Part shown: piece by piece, positions 23,168 through 33,551 of the stretch
How positions within the stretch are numbered: the stretch's first letter is position 1
How the letters are laid out: every line of letters begins with the position of its first letter
Assembly: GCA_032718475.1 (NCBI GenBank)
Contig: JAUCBJ010002426.1
Span: 1,617-65,616, forward strand
Length of the DNA: 64,000 nucleotides
Reading direction: 5' to 3'
From: Nemertoderma westbladi
Taxonomy: Eukaryota > Animalia > Xenacoelomorpha
The notes under the pieces: model-generated
What the model was told of the DNA's origin: nothing
Seen by the model: only the letters and a program-made list of their open reading frames with translations
Database searches by the model: none
Program-made: the position numbers and the translations under genes

Positions 23168-23407
23168 TTAAAGGTGTAATATTATGGTTTTGTTCAGAAG
23201 TGGCAAAAATGAGAAAGCGCGTCACCGGGGGTTGAACCAGCGCTATACGTAGGCCTACGTTTCAGCCTATCAGGCCTCATCAGTAGCGCTAACCAGCTCA
23301 GCCACTAGCCCCTGACACTCAAACTCCCACCTAATCAAATCAACCCCCGGTGACGCACTTTCTCATTTTTTCCACTTCTGAACAAAACCATAATATCACA
23401 CCTTTAA
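23168..23407. mobile_element. MITE-like inverted-repeat unit with TTAA-AGG...CCT-TTAA ends (Kolobok-like)
   Basis: About 68-bp arms at 23168-23235 and 23340-23407, flanked by TTAA. Confidence 0.55.
23239..23290 (-). ncRNA. Type I minimal hammerhead ribozyme
   Basis: AGCGCUA-CUGAUGA-GGCCU GAU AGGCU-GAAA-CGUAGGCCUACG-UA^UAGCGCU: complete catalytic core and three stems. Confidence 0.88.
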
Positions 23408-23826
23408 AGTTAAAATCCTGATCGGAATGTGTGATTATTTTATTTTATTGCTAAAATTTGCCTTTATTACCAAATTAGGGGGGAAGTTAGCGTTCTCCTT
23501 TATGGGATATAAAGTTTTTAAACATAAATACATTGGATTTACTTTTACCACTGCTATCCCTTAAATCACTCAACAATTCAAGCGTAATGGTACTTTCGTC
23601 ATAGGGGCAGGGGGTGAGAATATCGAAAGTACCTATCCGACTCCTTAAGTGCTCTTCTAGTAGAATATCCACCTCTCTTCCCACTAGACCTCCGGTTTCG
23701 CTCAGGGAACTACTACTACTACTACTACTACTATTATACTACTACTAGTATCGGCATGCTCGGGGTAGTACTACTACTACTACTATACTATACTACTAGT
23801 ACACTATACTATACTATACTACTAGT

Positions 23827-25266
23827 CTAGTATACTACTACTAGTATCGGGATACTACTACTACTAGTATCGGCATGCTGCATTGCAGCTGCATTTTTAA
23901 AAATGCTGTGCCGGCTTGTCGACAAAATTTCGCGCCACAACTCCCTATCACCCATGACATTTGCTAGATCATCCGCATCTTCAAGGCCAGTGTCCTTTAA
24001 GATGCGTCTCAAGAAAGTCATGGGCTGTCCACCATGCTTATTCACTCCATGAGGCTGCCAAAGTATAAGATTATGCACTGGCTGGTCCTCACGGCGAAAG
24101 CAATGTCCTGCAAAGCGGAGGCGATTTTGTTCTAGTGTCAAGCTTGGGGGAACCAATGAGACACCTCCAATGTTATATAGTGTCTGGTTGGAGATGTGTG
24201 CATTGTACTTAACACAATGAACCTGGCGTAGCATTCTTGTGAATGTGCCATCCAGAGATTTGGTGTCCTCAGCAGTTAGAGCCCAGCATGGACTCCCATA
24301 GAGGAGTACTGGAACTACTTCTGCTCTAAATAATCGGACCTTAAGTTTCCGATTAATTCTCGGTGACTTCCAAATCCTGGAAAGCCTATTCAAGGCTGCC
24401 CATGCCTTTCCCTTACGTATTCGAAGGTCCTCACCTGACTTCCGGATCCATGATCCCAGGTAACAGAAGTCATCCACATGCTCAAGCATACCATCCTTTG
24501 AGCTTATGCTCATCCGATGCTGAGAACTTTCAAAGTTAACTGTCAAAATTTTGGTTTTTCTGGAGTTAATAAAAAGACCAACACTAGAAGCAGCATGTTC
24601 TAATGAGCTGAGGAGCCGTTGGGCTTCCTCTAGTGATTCTGAGAGTACTCCTAAGTCATCAGCAAAAGTCTAGATCAGTTAGGTACTTGGCAGGATTTCC
24701 AGGAACTGGCACCAACTTATTTGTTTTCATTTCTTGTGGGAATCTTGTTGTTCGGTACATGTCTACTATGATGGGATAGATGAGCTTTAAACACTCAGGT
24801 ATTTTAAAGACCTCAGGGGGAACACCATCTACTCCACTGGCACGATTGGTCTTAATGTTCTTTGCAGCAGCCTTCACTTCTGCAAAGGAGATATCGCCAA
24901 TGGGAATATCTGGGAGTACAGACTCAGACACTTTTACTTCTATAAAGTTATCAGGCAATACCCTGTCATTATTGAGGAGCTTTTCAAAGTTGGCCTTCCA
25001 ACCATTGAGGCGATCGGCTGGTGATTCAGACTTAACCTTGGTGGTTGGTTGGCTTTTCCGCCCAGTAAGCAAGATGATCGATTTCCATGCCTGGGATGAT
25101 TTCCTGCTGTCGTCGGCATCATTGATGGCATCAACCTGTTGGTTTATTAGCTCCTGTAGATTAACAGAGTACTGCCTGTTCAGGGACCTAGATGCAGCCT
25201 TAACTGCATTCTTGGCCGCTGTAGTCTGTTTGAGTCGGGACTCTTTCTGCGCCTTATATAGGTCAT
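23827..25266 (-). pseudogene. LINE RT remnant with internal deletion and frameshift
   Basis: ASGVDGVPPE..KLVPVP jumps straight to YLTDLDF(+1 nt)ADDLG. Then FCYLGS, VLLYGSPCW and RLRFAGH. Confidence 0.85.
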
Positions 25267-26502
25267 TGTAAAAGCTTCTGTGGGATATAACTGGCCCCTT
25301 TGCTTCGCAATCCAGTTTCCCCCCAGGCGCTGGAATACTCTAAAAAGGTTCTCTAACTGTATATATATTCCCCTCGCCCGCAAGGTACCGTTATAGGTGT
25401 TTTAACGGACATAAAAGTCATTCTGCTATATACGTGTTTTGGCGGACATGGTAAGGCAAAAAACCTGCAATGCACCAAATACCTTTCACAGCTTAGCCGT
25501 GATGATTCATATTACGACATCTAACAGCTGGTTGCTGACATGGAAACAGCCATTGGACGCATGGTTCTTTGTTTGGCTTGAGCCAATCAGAGTGATTTTT
25601 TCTGTCGACGTATAGCTTTTCGGCCGATCATACTGAGAGTGTTCAGTCTTACTGTTTTTCTTGATATAGTTTTGTTGTTGCTATCTAGGCCAGGAACAAC
25701 GGCTCTAGAGTCAATTCGTTTTCAGACTTTAGAAGAAACATTAGTAGGCTTAAGATTATAGAGCGTATAACTGTTATCGGTCCATATCAGTACATTGTCA
25801 TATCATATCTTAACCTACCGTCTTAATGATTTGCTGTTGTTTGGTTGAATATTATTTGGAGAACATTTATAAAGAACCCAAATTTCCCAATTTTCTTGAT
25901 ACACTACAGGTTAGAGAGAAGGGTTATATATAGCGATTGCGACTTATATTATTGTGTTTGTAGTGAATTTAATGCTATTTGATAAGCACTACATGGTTCG
26001 TTGCTGTTCTCTTTATATATGATTAAATTCATTGACGGTCGGCAAATTAGTGAGCAGTATTGTGTGTTACCGGTAGTGTGCTTGATTGTGACTGATAACT
26101 AAGCATTTCCTAAAGAATGCGCCTCATACGTGAATCATAAGCCTTACCGACTTACCGTTGTGATTAGTATAAGTCATATCTCTGTTTACCTAGATAGAGC
26201 GCCACGTCCTAAAGGAACTGTTAATATTTCCCGAAAGTGAATAATATTAGTCAGAAATTATTTATTAACGATCAATCGAATAATACAATACAGTAAGCTT
26301 ACACTGCAATAATAATCTAAGCCCTCAGAATCCAGTCTCCCGGGTATATCCAGCGGGTGAATGGACGCGCACTAGGCTGGCTTCTGCTAATGTTGTGTTT
26401 ATTGGTATTAAATATTTGTCATCTTCTAAAGTCTATTTATAAACCAAAAGACATATAAATTTTGGCAGGTTAAACTGCTAAAGGTCTTCAAAAGCGCGTA
26501 CA
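25267..26502 (+). repeat. BEL-B 5' LTR
   Basis: TGTAAAAG...CGCGTACA, followed by ATAACAGTTAT. Confidence 0.97.
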
Positions 26503-27291
26503 ATAACAGTTATTGACTTTATTGCAGTAAGCAATAAAGTTGAAAGTACCGGTCAAACCGGTAAACCTGAACCGGTACTTCTGTAGGTCAGTAGGCCCAA
26601 CTGCCAGAACCGGTACTGCTGTAGGTCCGTAGGTCCAACTGTCAGAACCGGTACTTCTGTAGGTCTGTAGGCCCAACTGTCCTAACCGGTACTTCCAGTA
26701 TAAGTACATTAGTATTATTCGATTTTGATTATTGTATACCGGTAGGTCTTAGTATTTAATCAGGGACTGCAGCCCTGGTTTTTTATTGAGATTTTTACTC
26801 ATTTCTGTCAGTTTTATTTCCTAGTAAGTTAATATTGTCCTGAGCAACGCAGCCCTATTACTATAGTCAGCTGGTATTTCAGGCGTATAACGCAGCCATT
26901 ACACAATAACATACACCGTAGGAAAAACATGACCGAGTTTGCTAACTTCCGATAACATTTACATTTAATTCCTTCGTTACATTAACATCGTATAATAAGC
27001 TGGTAAAAAACTTGTAAAGTTAGGCCACTGGTTCACAGCGCCCTGGGTACATTATGACAAATAATCCTGTAGTCCTAAGTGCTGCATTAATAAGCAGTAA
27101 GCTAGCTACATGCTATTGATGTTAGTACTGTACCGGTACATTAAGACAAGTCTGAAGTCATTATGTTACTGTAGTATGGCATTTATCTGTATAACGTTTA
27201 TGTCCGTTAATATAACTTATGTCCATTAATATATATAACTTATGTCCATAACACTCCCCACTCGGCATCTGCCGCTTCCATAATTTCAAGT

Positions 27292-30200
27292 CTATATGCG
27301 ACCAGTGTTGAAATCATTAGATCCATTATTATATGCCGCCGCTGGGGAAACCTCGGGATCATGTGGGATGAGGAGAACCAACTCATGTATAGGACGATCA
27401 TAGCATGGTTTCTTTATTTCACCCTTAGCAGTTGATTTGGGTACTGCAATAGTTGCAGAGCGAACCAGGTTATCATCACCTTTCTTCACGGCAGTCACTC
27501 TCCCGGTTGGCCAGTTATTTCTATGTTTTGTTTTGTCTCGGATCAGAACAATATCTCCAATCATAATTGAACGTTTTGGATTTTTCCACTTCATCCGTCT
27601 CTGTAACAGTTGAAGGTAGTCATTGCGCCACCTTATCCAGAATTGATCAACCAGATACTGTACTCGTCTCCAACGATATTTCCCATAGGCCAGCTGATCT
27701 TGATCGGAGAAACAAGTTGTAGAGATGGAATCATCCTTCAAAGTCAATATCATATTGGGAGACAATGGTTGGGGGTCATCTGGACTGGAAGAAACTTCCC
27801 ATAATGGGGTAGAGTTTACTACTGCAGCGCTTTCAACAATTACAGTATGTAGCTCATCGTATGTCAATAATCGTGGTTCAGAGAGTAAGATTGTGGCGTC
27901 AAGGACACGCCTTATGCAACCAATCTTGCGCTCCCAAACTCCACCAAAATGGCTGGAGTGTGGAGGGTTGAAATTCCAATCAATACCAATTGAGTTGAGA
28001 TCTTTTATAACTGCATCGATATCAACTTCATTGTCATCTTGGTTGTGAGCACCAATGAAATTGGAGCCTTGATCACTACGGAGGAGGACACAAGCTCCCC
28101 TGATGGCTAGGAACCTATGAAAAGCATTCTTAAATGCTGTTGTGTCTAAAGCTGGAAGGAGCTCAACATGAACTGCCCGTGATACTAGGCAAGTTAAGAG
28201 AAGCGCCCATATCTTTCTGATACCTGTGTTACTTCGAGTAGTGCGCCCATTTGCAACCTTCCATGGCCCAAAAACATCAATGCCAGTATTGGTGAAGGGA
28301 GCAACACGAGAGACTCGATCTAATGGGAGGTTGGCCATCTTCTGTACACAAAAGGACCCTCTAAGTTTCTTACAAATGATACAACTCTTTATTATTTCTC
28401 TTATAAGTTTATTACCATCTTCAATATGAAAACCATTTTGACGAATCATCCCATGAGTAATATGTCGGCCCTGGTGAAAGACTCTGGTATGGTAGTATGT
28501 CACGATTACTCCAGCTATTGGATGATCTTTAGGTATGAGGTAAGGGTGTCTGGAGTCGAATGGGACATCAGAGTTCTTTAACCTACCTCCAACCAGTAAT
28601 GTCTTAGATCCATTAAGAAAAGGGGACAACTCCAGAATTTTACTGGATTCTGCTATAGTTGATCCAGTTGATAAATGTTTTATCAGTTCTGGGTAACTCT
28701 GATATTGTGCATCATGCACTAGAGCATTGACAGCATCACTATCGCCGATGGTTTGAGAATTGTTATTACCTTCTGCTATTTTCTTAGTCATTAGTTTACA
28801 TGCCATTAGTACATACTTGGCCACATTGATCACAGTCTTCCATTCGCTGAAACGTTTATAGACATTGTCAAAAATTCCTTGGCGTTTGTGTGTAATCAAT
28901 ACTTTACCAACCTCTATTAATGGTTTGCACTCTGGTAAATCATCAACGTCTATAGCAGTATAAGGATATGGAATTTTTGTAGGATACCTTGCAGACTTCA
29001 ACACTCTTGGACCTGTCAACCATGTATTCTTCGGATCAGTTAATGACTTTGGATCAGTGGGTCGTGTAGCTCTATCGGCAGGGTTATCGCCAGTTGGGAC
29101 ATATTCCCATTGTGTAGGCAAGCTAGAGTTTCGTATTATATGTGATCGACGCTCGACATATTTGGAGAACCTCTTGCTATTGTTGTTTATATACCCTAAA
29201 ACGACTCGGCTATCGGTATAGTACCAACTATTGCATGGTTTTTTCTTTAATGCAGAAATAACTGAATATACAGCCATTACCAGTTCAACAGCTGCACAAA
29301 GTTCTAAACGAGGCATGGAAGTGGCTGACTGTGGAGCTACCTTGGCATTTCCTGAAACAAAAGAGATAGAGATTTGATCATCTTCGTTGAATGATCTCAG
29401 GTATATCACATATCCAATAGCATCTTCAGATGCATCGGAATAGGCATGTATTTCTTGTCTCACTATTTGTCCAAAACCTATAGGTCGAAAACCCCTTGGA
29501 ATGGATAGGAGTGGTAATGATTCAAGTGTTTCCTTCCACCTCTCCCATTCAGGTCTGTAAAATGCTGGAAGCTCACCATCCCAGCCACAAGCTTCTAGTT
29601 CATTGGAGGTATCAGCTTTTTTTGGAATCACCTTCCGCTGAATAAGTCTTCCAGCCAATACAACTGGGCTTGCAATCCCTATTGGGTCAAATATAGAGTT
29701 GACTGTGGACAGAATCCCTCTCTTCGTGAAGGGTCGATCTGGTATATCTACTAAAATGACAAACCTATCTTTTAACACATTCCATGCAACTCCAAGGGTT
29801 TTCTGATTAGCCTCATTTTCAAATGATTTCAACTCAACATGTTCAGAAACAGGGAATGCTTTCAAAACATTTGGATCACTGCATGCCAATTTATGGAGAT
29901 GTATATTAAACCTACCAAGTGTATTTATGGTGCCTTGTAATGTATCAATTGCTGATTTTGTTGAGTCTTCAGACCCAAGACCATCATCCACATAAAAATG
30001 ATCATTGATATAGTCTTTTACTGGTGGAGGAGTCTCTTCCGGCATAAGGTCAACAGTCTTTCTGAGACCAATTGTGGCAATAGTGGGACTTGGACTATTA
30101 CCGAATATATGTACAGTGCTTCTATAAGCAACAATAGGTTGTGAAGGGTCATTGTGGTCAAACCAGAAGAATCTCATAAAATCTCTATGATGTGGAGTGA

Positions 30201-31767
30201 CCTTGAAACAATGGAACATCGATTCCACATCAGCTGTGAAACCAATTTCACCCTCCCTGAACCGGATCAACACATCTCGTAATTGATTATTCTGGTCTGG
30301 CCCCTTTAGTAATTCTTTATTCAGGCTTGTGCCAAAATATGAAGCCGAGCTATCAAATACTACCCGAACTTTATCTTTTTTCGGTTGTGTAACAGCAAAT
30401 ACAGGAATGTACCATACCTTTCCTGGTATACCATGTAACTGTTCATTAGGAACCTTTTCAAACTTTCCGCTGTTAATGCATTTGCCCATCGATTTCAAAC
30501 ATTGGTTAAGCTTATTAGGATCAGTCTTGATTTTATTAAGCGTATTACTTGTTCGTTTAAAGACAGGATCATGATTATTTGGGAGATTTGGATTTTTTTG
30601 TCGAAATGGTAGTGGCAACTGAATACTGCCATCAGCAGTAACTTCTAAATTGGACAATATTCTGTCATCAAATATATAGTCTTCTATAGATTTACCATCA
30701 CAATCATCATCTTTGAACATAGCAAACACATCATTACGAATGCTTTTGGTTTCCTTATCTTCTGGTAGTAAAATAGGACTTGCCATTCCAAAGGTGAATG
30801 ATGATGATTGATGTTGGTCAGAACAACGAAACTTTGCCAAGGTTTTGTTTACTATTTTATTTTTACTGATCTTGCCAATAGGACAGGTTTCACCAACTAA
30901 AGCCCATCCAAGAGGCGTCTCATGAACTATAGGAGCCATGCTGTTATGTGTCTTTGTTTGCATCAAAGCTCCACAGTTTCTACCTAATAACATTAAAGTT
31001 TCAGCTTCTTCATCCAATGGCTGAAATTTGAAAGATAAATGTTTAATCTGAGGAAGAGATTCCACCAAAGAAGGAGAGGCTACTTCACTTTTCGTATCTG
31101 GAATCCAATCATTACTAAATAAGCATGGGAGATCATAGTCTGAGGACATTCCAACTCCATTTATTGTTAGCCCTTCTGCTACCATACCACTAACCTTGCA
31201 ATGATGACCACTGAGGGTAGATACTGTATAATCATAGATTGGGGAATGCAACTGAAGGAAGGAAAGCACCTTAGGGTCGATGTAAGAAGAGTCAGACTGC
31301 TCATCAACAATAGCATATACCCGCATTGTTTTCTCTGAAACCTTTGGTGCTTTAATGTCAACGAGGAATGTTTTACCACAGCTTCTGGCGCCCAAGCCAC
31401 ACAGTGCAGTGCATAATGCTGTCTGGTCCACATTTTCATCAGTCTTCACTCTATTAGATCCCTCACGTTGGTTCTCAGTTGCTGCTGGTGGATTTCTGTG
31501 CATTGCCGTGGTATGATTTTTCTTTTTGCACTTGCTGCATGTCATTGACCCTTTACAGTTAATACTAAGGTGTTCTCCGAGACAACGATAGCATAACCTG
31601 CTTTGCTGTGCTAAATGTTTCCTTTCTGGATACGAAAGCCTCTCAAAGACTTTGCAATCAATTAGTGAATGACCTGTTTTGTTACAATGTATACAAGAAA
31701 TTGGTGATCTATTATTCTCAGACTTCAGCGAACGTTTGTTATCATGTATGTATAATGTATATATCAT
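27292..31767 (-). CDS. pol: BEL-C Zn knuckles-protease-RT-RNase H-integrase
   Basis: Motifs CYRCLGEH, YAIVDEQS, FYVDD, IHAYSDAS, MPRLEL, GIDVFGP, RSDQGSNF, HFGGVWER. Confidence 0.95.
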   Translation of the reverse strand: MIYTLYIHDNKRSLKSENNRSPISCIHCNKTGHSLIDCKVFERLSYPERKHLAQQSRLCYRCLGEHLSINCKGSMTCSKCKKKNHTTAMHRNPPAATENQREGSNRVKTDENVDQTALCTALCGLGARSCGKTFLVDIKAPKVSEKTMRVYAIVDEQSDSSYIDPKVLSFLQLHSPIYDYTVSTLSGHHCKVSGMVAEGLTINGVGMSSDYDLPCLFSNDWIPDTKSEVASPSLVESLPQIKHLSFKFQPLDEEAETLMLLGRNCGALMQTKTHNSMAPIVHETPLGWALVGETCPIGKISKNKIVNKTLAKFRCSDQHQSSSFTFGMASPILLPEDKETKSIRNDVFAMFKDDDCDGKSIEDYIFDDRILSNLEVTADGSIQLPLPFRQKNPNLPNNHDPVFKRTSNTLNKIKTDPNKLNQCLKSMGKCINSGKFEKVPNEQLHGIPGKVWYIPVFAVTQPKKDKVRVVFDSSASYFGTSLNKELLKGPDQNNQLRDVLIRFREGEIGFTADVESMFHCFKVTPHHRDFMRFFWFDHNDPSQPIVAYRSTVHIFGNSPSPTIATIGLRKTVDLMPEETPPPVKDYINDHFYVDDGLGSEDSTKSAIDTLQGTINTLGRFNIHLHKLACSDPNVLKAFPVSEHVELKSFENEANQKTLGVAWNVLKDRFVILVDIPDRPFTKRGILSTVNSIFDPIGIASPVVLAGRLIQRKVIPKKADTSNELEACGWDGELPAFYRPEWERWKETLESLPLLSIPRGFRPIGFGQIVRQEIHAYSDASEDAIGYVIYLRSFNEDDQISISFVSGNAKVAPQSATSMPRLELCAAVELVMAVYSVISALKKKPCNSWYYTDSRVVLGYINNNSKRFSKYVERRSHIIRNSSLPTQWEYVPTGDNPADRATRPTDPKSLTDPKNTWLTGPRVLKSARYPTKIPYPYTAIDVDDLPECKPLIEVGKVLITHKRQGIFDNVYKRFSEWKTVINVAKYVLMACKLMTKKIAEGNNNSQTIGDSDAVNALVHDAQYQSYPELIKHLSTGSTIAESSKILELSPFLNGSKTLLVGGRLKNSDVPFDSRHPYLIPKDHPIAGVIVTYYHTRVFHQGRHITHGMIRQNGFHIEDGNKLIREIIKSCIICKKLRGSFCVQKMANLPLDRVSRVAPFTNTGIDVFGPWKVANGRTTRSNTGIRKIWALLLTCLVSRAVHVELLPALDTTAFKNAFHRFLAIRGACVLLRSDQGSNFIGAHNQDDNEVDIDAVIKDLNSIGIDWNFNPPHSSHFGGVWERKIGCIRRVLDATILLSEPRLLTYDELHTVIVESAAVVNSTPLWEVSSSPDDPQPLSPNMILTLKDDSISTTCFSDQDQLAYGKYRWRRVQYLVDQFWIRWRNDYLQLLQRRMKWKNPKRSIMIGDIVLIRDKTKHRNNWPTGRVTAVKKGDDNLVRSATIAVPKSTAKGEIKKPCYDRPIHELVLLIPHDPEVSPAAAYNNGSNDFNTGRI

Positions 31768-33551
31768 GCTTATTTATGCGTTCCTTTTGACCTAAGAAAT
31801 GATCCTTCTTATATGGTAATGGAGAATTCACCTTTTGAAAGTGGGGACTGCAAATATGTCTCGCAATTGTTGATAAAAAATCGCAAAAGAAAGAAAAAGG
31901 TGGGTGGTAACCTTTATTTTCCTCAAAATACCCTCCCTTGTCTATCCATTTGTTATCAATCCAGTCTGGGAGCTTAGATCTTATTTCGCGAAGTCCAGAA
32001 CCCAGATTGAATTCACTCAACTCTGGGATACTATAAACATTGAGTTCTATTACTCTGCAGAGGTCAGCGAGGTCACCGACCCTGCTAGCTGGATCTCCAC
32101 GTTTTATTGGGTGAAAGTTTGTTAATTTGGCCCTTAGCCCAGCTGCAATTTCAGGGCCAGAACCAAATCTTAGCGCCAGCTCTTTCCAAATTGTTTGGAG
32201 TGTTGTAGTAGGATCAGCACTGCTGGCATCGACCAAATTATTGATCAGTTCTAATGGCTTTCCAATAGTATTACTTTTCAAGAATGATATTTTGTCCAGA
32301 GGAGATAATTCTATACCAGTTAGCCTATTTTCAAGGATCATTGCCCATGTACGGAATCTATATGGTTCACCCTTGAATGGCTCTGACGATTTTTCTAATA
32401 ATTCCTTACGAATTAGATATTGAGAAGAGTGGTCAATATAATTGAAGGGAGTTACTGGACTATTAGAACTCATACTAGTATAATTTGGAACAGGGGGCGG
32501 ATATGGCGCTGCACTACAACCAGCTATTGAAACTGGAACTTGGGCCTTTGCTGGTATAAATGGTTCTGCTTGTGTGTATAACCCCCAAGTCACTGTTTTA
32601 TTATCTGCCGATACTCCGGTTGGATTTATATAACTTGTTCCAAAAGGCAATATTGGGGTTTTGTACATTGAAGTGCACACTGGGCTAGACAAAGGGGCTG
32701 AGGGGTGTCTCCCCACTGTAAGGGAAGTACTAGAAATGGCGTTAAAGAACATTTGCATAAGTAGGAATGCTATTATTTATAAAGGATGGTATATAGTTTG
32801 CACATGAACTGACACTATTGTTATCATTATGGTTATGGTTTAAAGGCATTCCTGTAAGCTGATTTGAATCGCCATATATTGGTTTATTCAATTCTCGCTG
32901 TTGCTCAAGGTAGAGATTTATCCTATGGTTAACTTCAGGGTTAGGGTGTGATCCCTTTGCATTTACTTCATTGACACTGCAACTATCAAATTCAAATAAG
33001 TTAGCCACTCCTGTGATAGGGTTTGTCCCAATCTCAACATTAGATGGATGGGGCACTGTATCGAACATTGTCCCAATCTCTACATCTGAGGGATGGGGGA
33101 CTGTATCTAACAAGGTGTTTGCTGGAGGTGTATTAAATTCACACACAGAGGATCGATTATCAATGCTAATTTGAGCAATTGACTGGGTGTCTATGCTTGA
33201 TTCTGCTCCAAAACTTTTCCTTTGGTCAGAAAGACCCTTAATTATCTCCCTATAAATTTTAATTTGGGTTTGATAATTTGTGGTTGTTTGCAGCTTTTCC
33301 TGAGTTACAGCATGTTTGTTAAGATGAGCTATAAGCTTGCAATAAGTATTGTCTAATTCATGTTTTGCTGCTTTCAGTTTAGCAACGTGTGAATTTACTT
33401 CCTCAATATTATTTAATTCAGTGGCAAGAATACCAAATAAATCCTCCAAACGAGACTTAGATTTTTCGTATTCTTCAAACGCTACATAATATGTGGGTGG
33501 TTTAACCCTTTTTGGGTAATTGGATGCAGTGGCGACCTGCTGTTCATCCAT
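31742..33551 (-). pseudogene. gag: BEL-C gag in two frames
   Basis: ORFs 32742-33551 and 31742-32758 overlap each other and the pol ORF. Capsid-like motifs FKGEPYRFRTW and LALRFGS. Confidence 0.8.
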
